Positions 41,606 to 53,411 of a DNA stretch of 64,000 nt are shown here, one piece after another; positions within the stretch are counted from its first letter, which is position 1, and every line of letters starts with the position of its first letter. Made by a program: the position numbers and the translations under genes. Location of the stretch: the NCBI GenBank assembly GCA_044892525.1, contig CM097885.1, positions 45,696,001 through 45,760,000 on the forward strand. Direction: 5' to 3'. The DNA comes from Schmidtea polychroa. Its lineage: Eukaryota. The notes beneath the pieces are model-generated. The model made no database searches and was not told the origin of the DNA. It was given only the letters and a program-made list of their open reading frames with translations.

Positions 41606-42108
41606 AGTAGATGGATGGGGGCCATCTGGATCAGGACTCCGCTGGATCACATACCCCCCCCCACCCCCCCTAGGGGAAATTTTTGAAATTCTTTTCAAGG
41701 TCAAAATTTTTAATGTAAAGTTCATTTTTTTTTTAAATTTGAAATTCGAGAGTTCTTGACAAGAGATATTATTATTTGAAAATAAAGGTCTTTGAAACAC
41801 AGGGATTATTATATATATATAGTCTGAATTTATCCGACAAGATATTCTGTCCTCCTATGGGTAGTGCTCACAAGGGTACTGGTCACATTCAACATGTCGC
41901 AAGGGTATTATTAAACAAATCAACATTGTATTTTTATTATTTTATTATTATTATTATTATTTTTTTATTTTTTTTTTCTAATATTTTAATTTTTTTTTTT
42001 ATTTATTATTTATTTATATTTTTATTTTTATTATTTTATTATTATTTTTTTTTTCTAATATATATTAATTTATTTATTTATTATTTATTTATATTTTTAT
42101 TTTTATTA

Positions 42109-42157
<49 letters not shown>

Positions 42158-45100
42158 TTCATTATTATTATTATTATTAAGATTTACAAAATTATTATTA
42201 GTTTTCATAATAAATTAAGACATTAAAAGATATATTGAATCACAGATCAATTCGATAACAATACGTCATCTATATCAATATCATTGGCATCATTGGCTTC
42301 ATTGTCATCATCATTGAAATCTGGACTCATTCCGCTAAAAAGTGGACGAATTTATGAAATTACTTGATCAACATCTGGAACATCGACTCCTAAATAATGT
42401 CCATATGCGAGACTGGTATTAGGACCCACCCAAAGGCGCTTGTCATCGTTGTTCGACAAGGCTATTTTATTATTTTTAAAAGTAAAGAGCTGGTGGTTTC
42501 TTGTACCAATTCTAGTTTGTGGTACCGAAAATACTACGCTGTTGTTGTAGCAGTCTAAATATGACTGGTGTCTAATATCAGTATTACCATCAGTATTACC
42601 TTTGCTTTTAAATGATCTTTATCCCCTAACAAACTATAACACTTAGGTCTTAAGAAAACCCATTCCTTATACCCTAAACCTTTACTTTCATCTTTAAACT
42701 TCCCTATTACCGAATCCAGGCTCTTAGAATATAAAGGATGAGCAGGATCGTAATTTGACTTGTCTAGAAGGCTGTCTCTTATCATTGCCGGCAAAAGAGT
42801 GTCAAGCTTACAGTGCTTTATCTCTAAGAAAAAGGAGTCAGTGTCACCGGCAACGATATTTATATCACAATTAAATTCAGACCTGTACTTGGCCAATTCC
42901 ACATATTGTAGTTGATACATTCTTAGTTTAGACAAATCTAACACTGTTTGACCAATATAGCTAGGCCTGTCTAAACATATAGAGTCCTTATTCAGATGAG
43001 CCACAATCAGATCATCAGCAATTTTGATAGATTTTCTGAAAGTTGGCTTTGATGCATATACAATCATCTTTTCAGCTGAATTGCATAGCCTCAAATTCAT
43101 CCTTTTCTTTAAGTTCTCAACGGATTTCCTATATAAGCTGTTGTTATAAAGCTTAAACAAATCTCTATATAACTCACTGGTGGATTGTGCTCTTAATGTT
43201 GTGTTTTTATCAATGTACGATTTAAAAATGGGTGCTTGCGTGAATTTAACTGCTCTATAAATTTTAACCACCGTCACACCGAGTGAAAGATAAAGTTTAA
43301 GAAGTCTCCAATGAAGAACATAGTTCTTCTTTGGCCAATGCGTGAGCATCAGCTTCTCAACTTTGGAGTTCGGTGGACACATCTTTTCTGCAGCAATAGG
43401 AAAGTCGTTAAGGAAGTCATGCAAGCATTCCGGAATTTCGATATCAACTTCCATAGTATACCCATATGGAAGGTTATCAATATCATCATTCACACATTCA
43501 GAAAGTATAGTATCCAAATCATCATACACCCATACAAAGTCAGCATAAGGCAGATTTTGGCTTAAGGCCCAACCATACAAATTATTTATATCAATATACA
43601 AGAGTTCTGTGTCTTCAGAACTAGCAACATAATGTTTGTTAACAAATGTTAACCCACCCCGTATCCCTCCTTCGTAGAAATTAAAGATTTCCATGTCCTG
43701 CAAAAGTTCTATGGGTTCCGTTAATATCATAAGTGCTGAGGCCCATGACATACCGGGAATACCATAGAAATTAAGAGGCTCAAGACCATTATATGCAATG
43801 GCCTTTGCACGGAATTGTTGAAAATAATCTGCGAGGAGAAATACATCTAATTTAAGGTAAGTTAACATGTAATCTAACATGTTGTTGCATTTTTGCTGAG
43901 TCCAAATAACTTGAGCTAATGCATACTCATCATTAGACACAGAATCCCAGATCGGAGGTAGTTCAAGAGTCGATTCCAGAACCTCAAGCGATGTAGCAAA
44001 GTCATAAGGAAAGATACCTTTGGCTCGAACAATTGCGCCATCAAAAACAGAAGAAGTTAAAGGCAGATCGGAAAGAGTCTTAACCGCTTTTGCTAAAGAT
44101 GAATTAACAAACTGCATGCTGTCAATAAAACGAACAGGCAATTTGTTAATATACGCGATGAGGGAGATGAATTTCTCGGTAGTAGTCGGAATAATATTTA
44201 ATTCCCAAGAAGGAAAATTATTCAAACCATACTTCAAAATATGATGGAGATCATACCCCCTCAAATTATGGAACACAACCGGTAACTGTCTCTGAATTCG
44301 TCGCGAAACATTACATTTCCTACAAGCAGCACCAAGATACTTGCCTGAGAAGTGGCAATGGTCCCTAACTCTATCTCTAATGAATTTTTTACACAGATAA
44401 CAGGTTCTGAAATCTCTATATGCCCGCTGTTGAACGAAAGACAAAGTTTGCATGGGCTTTTTCCCATTAATTTCGTAATATGGCAGGACAATTGTGACAG
44501 CAATTTCCTCCACCTTACGCAAGAAAGACAACACACAATCATCACCAACAAACTCATACTAAAATCTAGTGTTATTATAATTATTAATTAATAACATGCC
44601 TGCTGTTATTGGCAAGTGCTTTTGATGATGGGTAATATCCTCGGGTAAAATTGCCTCAAAATCGGCATATATCACGAATGGCGGGGTGATTGTCTTGGAG
44701 TAATCTTTAAATAATAAATTTTTCTCTTTAGGTAGGGTGTATAATGTAGTGCCTAACTGGTTCTTACTGCATAGACCTACATGAATATCAAATGCATTTT
44801 TATATCTAAAGCCATTAAGGCAAGTGGGACACCAGTTCACTCTAATCCAAAGGTTGCAGGAGCTACTGGGATGTGAGTTCATTAATTTTTGTAAGTTAAA
44901 AACTGCGGTATAATGGAAATTATCACCATCTTCCAATAATAATAAATATATGGGTTCACCACCTATAACCTTAGAGCGGTGAATAATATCTAAATGTGGG
45001 TGATGGGGAATATAATCTATATCTTGATGTTCAATAGGCTTAGCTGGTTTATTCCTATAAGTTAAAACGTTAATAGCCAAGTTCAGTTCACTGTTTTTGC

Positions 45101-46416
45101 GTTCAAATTTGGGTATGTCACATAATTTCATCGGGCAATCACTAATAGGGTCGAAATTGATCTCGTTTAAATAACTCTCATAAGCAGTAACACGTTGCCT
45201 ATTGCGGTGTATAACATCACGTTTTAAAAGGGCTAAAATACTATAGATGAAACACATATCATCTGTGTTCTGTATATTTACTATTGCTTTTTTAGAATTT
45301 AAAGCCGCTGGGGTGGGGATATAACTATGTCCAGCTAGCCTATTCATATGGGTAAATTTTATTAATATAAAATCTATTTCTTTGATTTTAACCACCCGCC
45401 ATCCGCTACCCAAATATGTGAACTTTTCTATTTTCTCATTTAACTTAGTGATACCGTTAATTAAAAAAGTGTCTGAAAAAACCTCTGCATTATTAGAGAA
45501 AAAATTATCTCTAATTTCCCCATCTTTTTCAAACTGGATTAAAACGGTGAATTGTATTTTAACTGTGCCCATACCGTTTATTTCGGTAATTAATTTATTT
45601 GTCATCTTATTTGTAATGATAACTTGTACCAAGTTATCTTTTTCCATATTAAATCGTAAATTCTTTCTAGCCCCCTTAAAATCTATCTCAATTTCAGGTT
45701 CATCGTCAATATCGATCGAACCACCTATTTGATTATATATTGAATCACCAGTTGTATTAATTTTAACAATTTTAGAGGGAACACCAGACCCAAAACTAAC
45801 AGCAGGCTGTTTATTATTATTTAGAATATTATTTATTTTAGTATTTAGATTCGTATTTAGATTAGTATTATTTACATTATTATTTACATGTTTTGCATTA
45901 TAATTATAATTTATAGGTTTTGTATTTAGGTGTTTTGTAGTATTATGTGTTGATTGTTGTATTTTAATAAACAATTTCTTTTTATTTAAAGAGAACCGAT
46001 TTAAATGCGATTTGTGAATATTATAAAACTCTATATATTTAATGCGTTGGGAAGTCTCGCATATTGGACATATAAAGTAGTTGATGCCATAGAATCTATG
46101 GCCGTAGTATTTTTTCATATTTTTATGGCATATATTTGTATGATCATTTGATGACATGCAGTAGCGTGGGTATAATTTACCTGATAAATTATAAATATAT
46201 ATCAAATATATTAATAGATTTAAAAATTAATAGTTAATTGCATTTATATTTAATGTCTTTATTAACAATTCTTAAGCAGTTTTTATCGCATAATAATTAT
46301 AGAACGGAATAATAATCGGAATACATATATAATTTATTGTAATATTTTTATTATCAGAGGTATAAAATATGGGAGATATGAAATCATAAATATTATTATC
46401 ATTGTTATTATTATTA

Positions 46417-46469
<53 letters not shown>

Positions 46470-47184
46470 TTTAAATATTATTATAAAAGAGAGTAGTTGC
46501 GTGCTCAATGCAAACTATGTTTGACAATTAATATTTTCAAAGTATTATTTCTATTCAATAATTATTTTCATAACAACTTATTAATTTCAACATCATTTTC
46601 AGGAACATATTCATATTTGTCATAATTTTCAGATTTTTCATAATTATCTTCAGAAAGATTTTCATAATTTTCAGGAACATTTCGTGATTTTCATAATTAT
46701 TTTCAGAAACATTTTCATATTTTTCATAATTTTCAACATTTTCATGATAATTTCAGGAACATTTTCATAATTTTCAGTATTTTTCATAAGTTTCAGGAAC
46801 ATTCTCATAATTTTCAACATTTTCATAATAATTTCAGGAATATTTTCATCATTTTCAACATTTTCATAATTTATGTGTGGTTATTAAACAAATTAATTAT
46901 CAAACACAATTTTAAATTAATTTAAAAAATAATAATAAAATATAACTAACATTTTGATTCTATATCGGAATCATCCTCAGATTCATCCCCATAAGAAACG
47001 GAGGCATGATTAATTTCCTCCTCAATTGATGTGAGGGCATATTCATCAGAAACATCATTAATATTTGGGGCATATTCAACATTCGAGGTATCATTACCTA
47101 AAGTTTTTGTAATTCATTAATTAAATAAAATAAATTTACCCGTTGATTCCATGATAATATCTCGGGTATTGTCCTCAATGACAT
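41606..47184 (-). repeat. Left arm of the giant inverted repeat
   Basis: Reverse complement of 48173-53767. The 548-aa ORF translation is identical in both arms. A few substitutions and microsatellite differences. Confidence 0.97.
42247..46205 (-). pseudogene. Protein-primed DNA polymerase B, left copy
   Basis: Same as the right copy, including the in-frame TAG at 44559-44561, plus a private frameshift at about 42589-42600. Confidence 0.93.
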
Positions 47185-47408
47185 TTTCACCATCATTAAT
47201 TGTTTGATCAACTAACCAATTTTTAATTTCAATTAAATTTTAAAAATAAATTTACTTAATAAAAGATCTTCTTCATTGTCACTAATAATGATTGGCAGAT
47301 CTTGATTATAGTTGTCGGCCTCGGTGACTTCATACCATAAATTCTCTAAAATAATAAATAATAATAATAATAATAATAAAATAATTTACCGTTTTCTCCA
47401 GCCAACAT
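46946..47408 (-). CDS. Predicted 4-exon gene for a 110-aa acidic protein (exons 47408-47390, 47345-47256, 47211-47140, 47097-46946)
   Basis: Three GTAAAT..TAG introns of 44, 44 and 42 nt, all phase 1, give an open 333-nt CDS MLAGENENLWYEV...DDSDIESKC*. A homolog lies at 133-399. Confidence 0.78.
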
Positions 47409-47511
47409 GGCGCGTAAAATATTATCTAATTCACTGTCAATTTTTAATCGAAATTTTTTAGTCGAAAATTTGTAAAATTTAAAAATAATTGTGACGATTT
47501 TGAAAATTGTA

Positions 47512-47550
47512 ACTGTTTATAAAGAAAATGAATATTTTCCGGTCCAATCA
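47512..47550 (-). promoter_or_regulatory. Putative Pol II promoter of the acidic gene
   Basis: TATAAA on the minus strand (about 47515-47520) and CCAATCA (about 47544-47550), 110-140 bp upstream of the ATG. The AT-rich background weakens this. Confidence 0.35.
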
Positions 47551-47764
47551 AAATCAAGGAAGGGATAGGACAAAAATACATTACGTTGCGGTATTTTAAA
47601 ATTGAAATATATTTTAAAAACACATTTTGACATTAAAGTTGATTTATTTCAAATTTTCATAATTTGCATTAATTTCATGATTATTTTCAATATTTTCATG
47701 ATTGTTTTCTTCAAAATCTTATTTTATTTACAAATTATTATTACTATTACTATTATTATTATTA

Positions 47765-47802
<38 letters not shown>

Positions 47803-47806
47803 ATTA

Positions 47807-47849
<43 letters not shown>

Positions 47850-47867
47850 CATTATTTTTATTATTAA

Positions 47868-47943
<76 letters not shown>

Positions 47944-48484
47944 ATTATTATAATTATTATTATTATCATTATTATTTTTTTATTATTATTATCATTATTT
48001 TTTTTTATTATTTTTTTTTCTATTATTATTTTTATTATTTTTATTATTATTACTTTTATTATTTATATTATTATCATTATTATTTTATTAATATTATTAA
48101 TATTATTAATATTATTAATATTATTTTTATTATTATTATTATTAAACATGTGTGTATTATACATAAAACAAGATGTCATTGAGGACAATACCCGAGATAT
48201 TATCATGGAATCAACGGGTAAATTTATTTTATTTAATTAATGAATTACAAAAACTTTAGGTAATGATACCTCGAATGTTGAATATGCCCCAAATATTAAT
48301 GATGTTTCTGATGAATATGCCCTCACATCAATTGAGGAGGAAATTAATCATGCCTCTGTTTCTTATGGGGATGAATCTGAGGATGATTCCGATATAGAAT
48401 CAAAATGTTAGTTATATTTTATTATTATTTTTTAAATTAATTTAAAATTGTGTTTGATAATTAATTTGTTTAATAACCACACAT

Positions 48485-48800
48485 AAATTATGAAAATGTT
48501 GAAAATGATGAAAATATTCCTGAAATTATTATGAAAATGTTGAAAATTATGAGAATGTTCCTGAAACTTATGAAAAATACTGAAAATTATGAAAATGTTC
48601 CTGAAATTATCATGAAAATGTTGAAAATTATGAAAAATATGAAAATGTTTCTGAAAATAATTATGAAAATCACGAAATGTTCCTGAAAATTATGAAAATC
48701 TTTCTGAAGATAATTATGAAAAATCTGAAAATTATGACAAATATGAATATGTTCCTGAAAATGATGTTGAAATTAATAAGTTGTTATGAAAATAATTATT
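48485..48800 (+). repeat. Degenerate tandem array (GAAAATTATGAAAATGTT[CCT]); mirror copy at about 46555-46870
   Basis: Visible repeated 9-21 nt units between the acidic gene and pPolB. Confidence 0.9.
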
Positions 48801-48887
48801 GAATAGAAATAATACTTTGAAAATATTAATTGTCAAACATAGTTTGCATTGAGCACGCAACTACTCTCTTTTATAATAATATTTAAA

Positions 48888-48937
<50 letters not shown>

Positions 48938-49196
48938 TAATAATAATAACAATGATAATAATATTTATGATTTCATATCTCCCATATTTTATACCTCTGA
49001 TAATAAAAATATTACAATAAATTATATATGTATTCCGATTATTATTCCGTTCTATAATTATTATGCGATAAAAACTGCTTAAGAATTGTTAATAAAGACA
49101 TTAAATATAAATGCAATTAACTATTAATTTTTAAATCTATTAATATATTTGATATATATTTATAATTTATCAGGTAAATTATACCCACGCTACTGC

Positions 49197-52100
49197 ATGT
49201 CATCAAATGATCATACAAATATATGCCATAAAAATATGAAAAAATACTACGGCCATAGATTCTATGGCATCAACTACTTTATATGTCCAATATGCGAGAC
49301 TTCCCAACGCATTAAATATATAGAGTTTTATAATATTCACAAATCGCATTTAAATCGGTTCTCTTTAAATAAAAAGAAATTGTTTATTAAAATACAACAA
49401 TCAACACATAATACTACAAAACACCTAAATACAAAACCTATAAATTATAATTATAATGCAAAACATGTAAATAATAATGTAAATAATACTAATCTAAATA
49501 CGAATCTAAATACTAAAATAAATAATATTCTAAATAATAATAAACAGCCTGCTGTTAGTTTTGGGTCTGGTGTTCCCTCTAAAATTGTTAAAATTAATAC
49601 AACTGGTGATTCAATATATAATCAAATAGGTGGTTCGATCGATATTGACGATGAACCTGAAATTGAGATAGATTTTAAGGGGGCTAGAAAGAATTTACGA
49701 TTTAATATGGAAAAAGATAACTTGGTACAAGTTATCATTACAAATAAGATGACAAATAAATTAATTACCGAAATAAACGGTATGGGCACAGTTAAAATAC
49801 AATTCACCGTTTTAATCCAGTTTGAAAAAGATGGGGAAATTAGAGATAATTTTTTCTCTAATAATGCAGAGGTTTTTTCAGACACTTTTTTAATTAACGG
49901 TATCACTAAGTTAAATGAGAAAATAGAAAAGTTCACATATTTGGGTAGCGGATGGCGGGTGGTTAAAATCAAAGAAATAGATTTTATATTAATAAAATTT
50001 ACCCATATGAATAGGCTAGCTGGACATAGTTATATCCCCACCCCAGCGGCTTTAAATTCTAAAAAAGCAATAGTAAATATACAGAACACAGATGATATGT
50101 GTTTCATCTATAGTATTTTAGCCCTTTTAAAACGTGATGTTATACACCGCAATAGGCAACGTGTTACTGCTTATGAGAGTTATTTAAACGAGATCAATTT
50201 CGACCCTATTAGTGATTGCCCGATGAAATTATGTGACATACCCAAATTTGAACGCAAAAACAGTGAACTGAACTTGGCTATTAACGTTTTAACTTATAGG
50301 AATAAACCAGCTAAGCCTATTGAACATCAAGATATAGATTATATTCCCCATCACCCACATTTAGATATTATTCACCGCTCTAAGGTTATAGGTGGTGAAC
50401 CCATATATTTATTATTATTGGAAGATGGTGATAATTTCCATTATACCGCAGTTTTTAACTTACAAAAATTAATGAACTCACATCCCAGTAGCTCCTGCAA
50501 CCTTTGGATTAGAGTGAACTGGTGTCCCACTTGCCTTAATGGCTTTAGATATAAAAATGCATTTGATATTCATGTAGGTCTATGCAGTAAGAACCAGTTA
50601 GGCACTACATTATACACCCTACCTAAAGAGAAAAATTTATTATTTAAAGATTACTCCAAGACAATCACCCCGCCATTCGTGATATATGCCGATTTTGAGG
50701 CAATTTTACCCGAGGATATTACCCATCATCAAAAGCACTTGCCAATAACAGCAGGCATGTTATTAATTAATAATTATAATAACACTAGATTTTAGTATGA
50801 GTTTGTTGGTGATGATTGTGTGTTGTCTTTCTTGCGTAAGGTGGAGGAAATTGCTGTCACAATTGTCCTGCCATATTACGAAATTAATGGGAAAAAGCCC
50901 ATGCAAACTTTGTCTTTCGTTCAACAGCGGGCATATAGAGATTTCAGAACCTGTTATCTGTGTAAAAAATTCATTAGAGATAGAGTTAGGGACCATTGCC
51001 ACTTCTCAGGCAAGTATCTTGGTGCTGCTTGTAGGAAATGTAATGTTTCGCGACGAATTCAGAGACAGTTACCGGTTGTGTTCCATAATTTGAGGGGGTA
51101 TGATCTCCATCATATTTTGAAGTATGGTTTGAATAATTTTCCTTCTTGGGAATTAAATATTATTCCGACTACTACCGAGAAATTCATCTCCCTCATCGCG
51201 TATATTAACAAATTGCCTGTTCGTTTTATTGACAGCATGCAGTTTGTTAATTCATCTTTAGCAAAAGCGGTTAAGACTCTTTCCGATCTGCCTTTAACTT
51301 CTTCTGTTTTTGATGGCGCAATTGTTCGAGCCAAAGGTATCTTTCCTTATGACTTTGCTACATCGCTTGAGGTTCTGGAATCGACTCTTGAACTACCTCC
51401 GATCTGGGATTCTGTGTCTAATGATGAGTATGCATTAGCTCAAGTTATTTGGACTCAGCAAAAATGCAACAACATGTTAGATTACATGTTAACTTACCTT
51501 AAATTAGATGTATTTCTCCTCGCAGATTATTTTCAACAATTCCGTGCAAAGGCCATTGCATATAATGGTCTTGAGCCTCTTAATTTCTATGGTATTCCCG
51601 GTATGTCATGGGCCTCAGCACTTATGACATTAACGGAACCCATAGAACTTTTGCAGGACATGGAAATCTTTAATTTCTACGAAGGAGGGATACGGGGTGG
51701 GTTAACATTTGTTAACAAACATTATGTTGCTAGTTCTGAAGACACAGAACTCTTGTATATTGATATAAATAATTTGTATGGTTGGGCCTTAAGCCAAAAT
51801 CTGCCTTATGCTGACTTTGTATGGGTGTATGATGATTTGGATACTATACTTTCTGAATGTGTGAATGATGATATTGATAACCTTCCATATGGGTATACTA
51901 TGGAAGTTGATATCGAAATTCCGGAATGCTTGCATGACTTCCTTAACGACTTTCCTATTGCTGCAGAAAAGATGTGTCCACCGAACTCCAAAGTTGAGAA
52001 GCTGATGCTCACGCATTGGCCAAAGAAGAACTATGTTCTTCATTGGAGACTTCTTAAACTTTATCTTTCACTCGGTGTGACGGTGGTTAAAATTTATAGA

Positions 52101-53003
52101 GCAGTTAAATTCACGCAAGCACCCATTTTTAAATCGTACATTGATAAAAACACAACATTAAGAGCACAATCCACCAGTGAGTTATATAGAGATTTGTTTA
52201 AGCTTTATAACAACAGCTTATATAGGAAATCCGTTGAGAACTTAAAGAAAAGGATGAATTTGAGGCTATGCAATTCAGCTGAAAAGATGATTGTATATGC
52301 ATCAAAGCCAACTTTCAGAAAATCTATCAAAATTGCTGATGATCTGATTGTGGCTCATCTGAATAAGGACTCTATATGTTTAGACAGGCCTAGCTATATT
52401 GGTCAAACAGTGTTAGATTTGTCTAAACTAAGAATGTATCAACTACAATATGTGGAATTGGCCAAGTACAGGTCTGAATTTAATTGTGATATAAATATCG
52501 TTGCCGGTGACACTGACTCCTTTTTCTTAGAGATAAAGCACTGTAAGCTTGACACTCTTTTGCCGGCAATGATAAGAGACAGCCTTCTAGACAAGTCAAA
52601 TTACGATCCTGCTCATCCTTTATATTCTAAGAGCCTGGATTCGGTAATAGGGAAGTTTAAAGATGAAAGTAAAGGTTTAGGGTATAAGGAATGGTTTTTC
52701 TTAAGACCTAAGTGTTATAGTTTGTTAGGGGATAAAGATCATTTAAAAGCAAAGGGAGTTCAGCTTGGTAATACTGATATTAGACACCAGTCATATTTAG
52801 ACTGCTACAACAACAGCGTAGTATTTTCGGTACCACAAACTAGAATTGGTACAAGAAACCACCAGCTCTTTACTTTTAAAAATAATAAAATAGCCTTGTC
52901 GAACAACGATGACAAGCGCCTTTGGGTGGGTCCTAATACCAGTCTCGCATATGGACATTATTTAGGAGTCGATGTTCCAGATGTTGATCAAGTAATTTCA
53001 TAA
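49197..53003 (+). pseudogene. Protein-primed DNA polymerase B (Polinton type), right copy, split by one in-frame TAG at 50793-50795
   Basis: ORFs 49149-50795 and 50820-53003 are in the same frame. Exo I YADFE, Exo II FHNLRGYD, Exo III YLKLDV, Pol A YIDINNLYG, Pol B KLYNNSLY(R)K, Pol C GDTDS, and an endonuclease VII-like insert CxxC..RDHCH..G.Y.GAAC..CN. First ATG is at 49197; the true start is uncertain. Confidence 0.95.
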
Positions 53004-53197
53004 ATTCGTCCACTTTTTAGCGGAATGAGTCCAGATTTCAATGATGATGACAATGAAGCCAATGATGCCAATGATATTGATATAGATGACGTATTGTTAT
53101 CGAATTGATCTGTGATTTAATATATCTTTTAATGTCTTAATTTATTATGAAAACTAATAATAATTTTGTAAATCTTAATAATAATAATAATAATGAA

Positions 53198-53273
<76 letters not shown>

Positions 53274-53306
53274 TTAATAAAATAATAATAATAATAAAAA
53301 TAATAA

Positions 53307-53337
<31 letters not shown>

Positions 53338-53354
53338 AATAATAAGATATATGG

Positions 53355-53411
<57 letters not shown>

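Noticed and set aside
48485..48800. CRISPR-like array
   Set aside because: Degenerate tandem units with no unique spacers, in a eukaryotic context with no cas genes.
43311..52043. Short antisense or overlapping ORFs within pPolB (68-116 aa)
   Set aside because: Shadow ORFs of the polymerase frame, duplicated only because of the palindrome.
49149..53003. Two separate genes (548 aa and 727 aa)
   Set aside because: They are in the same frame, separated by one TAG. Exo I lies in the first ORF and Exo II/III in the second, so this is one interrupted pPolB.
52992..53020. Possible 29-nt GT-AG intron removing the pPolB stop
   Set aside because: It is shorter than the 42-44 nt introns seen here, and splicing would shift out of the acidic frame to an early stop.
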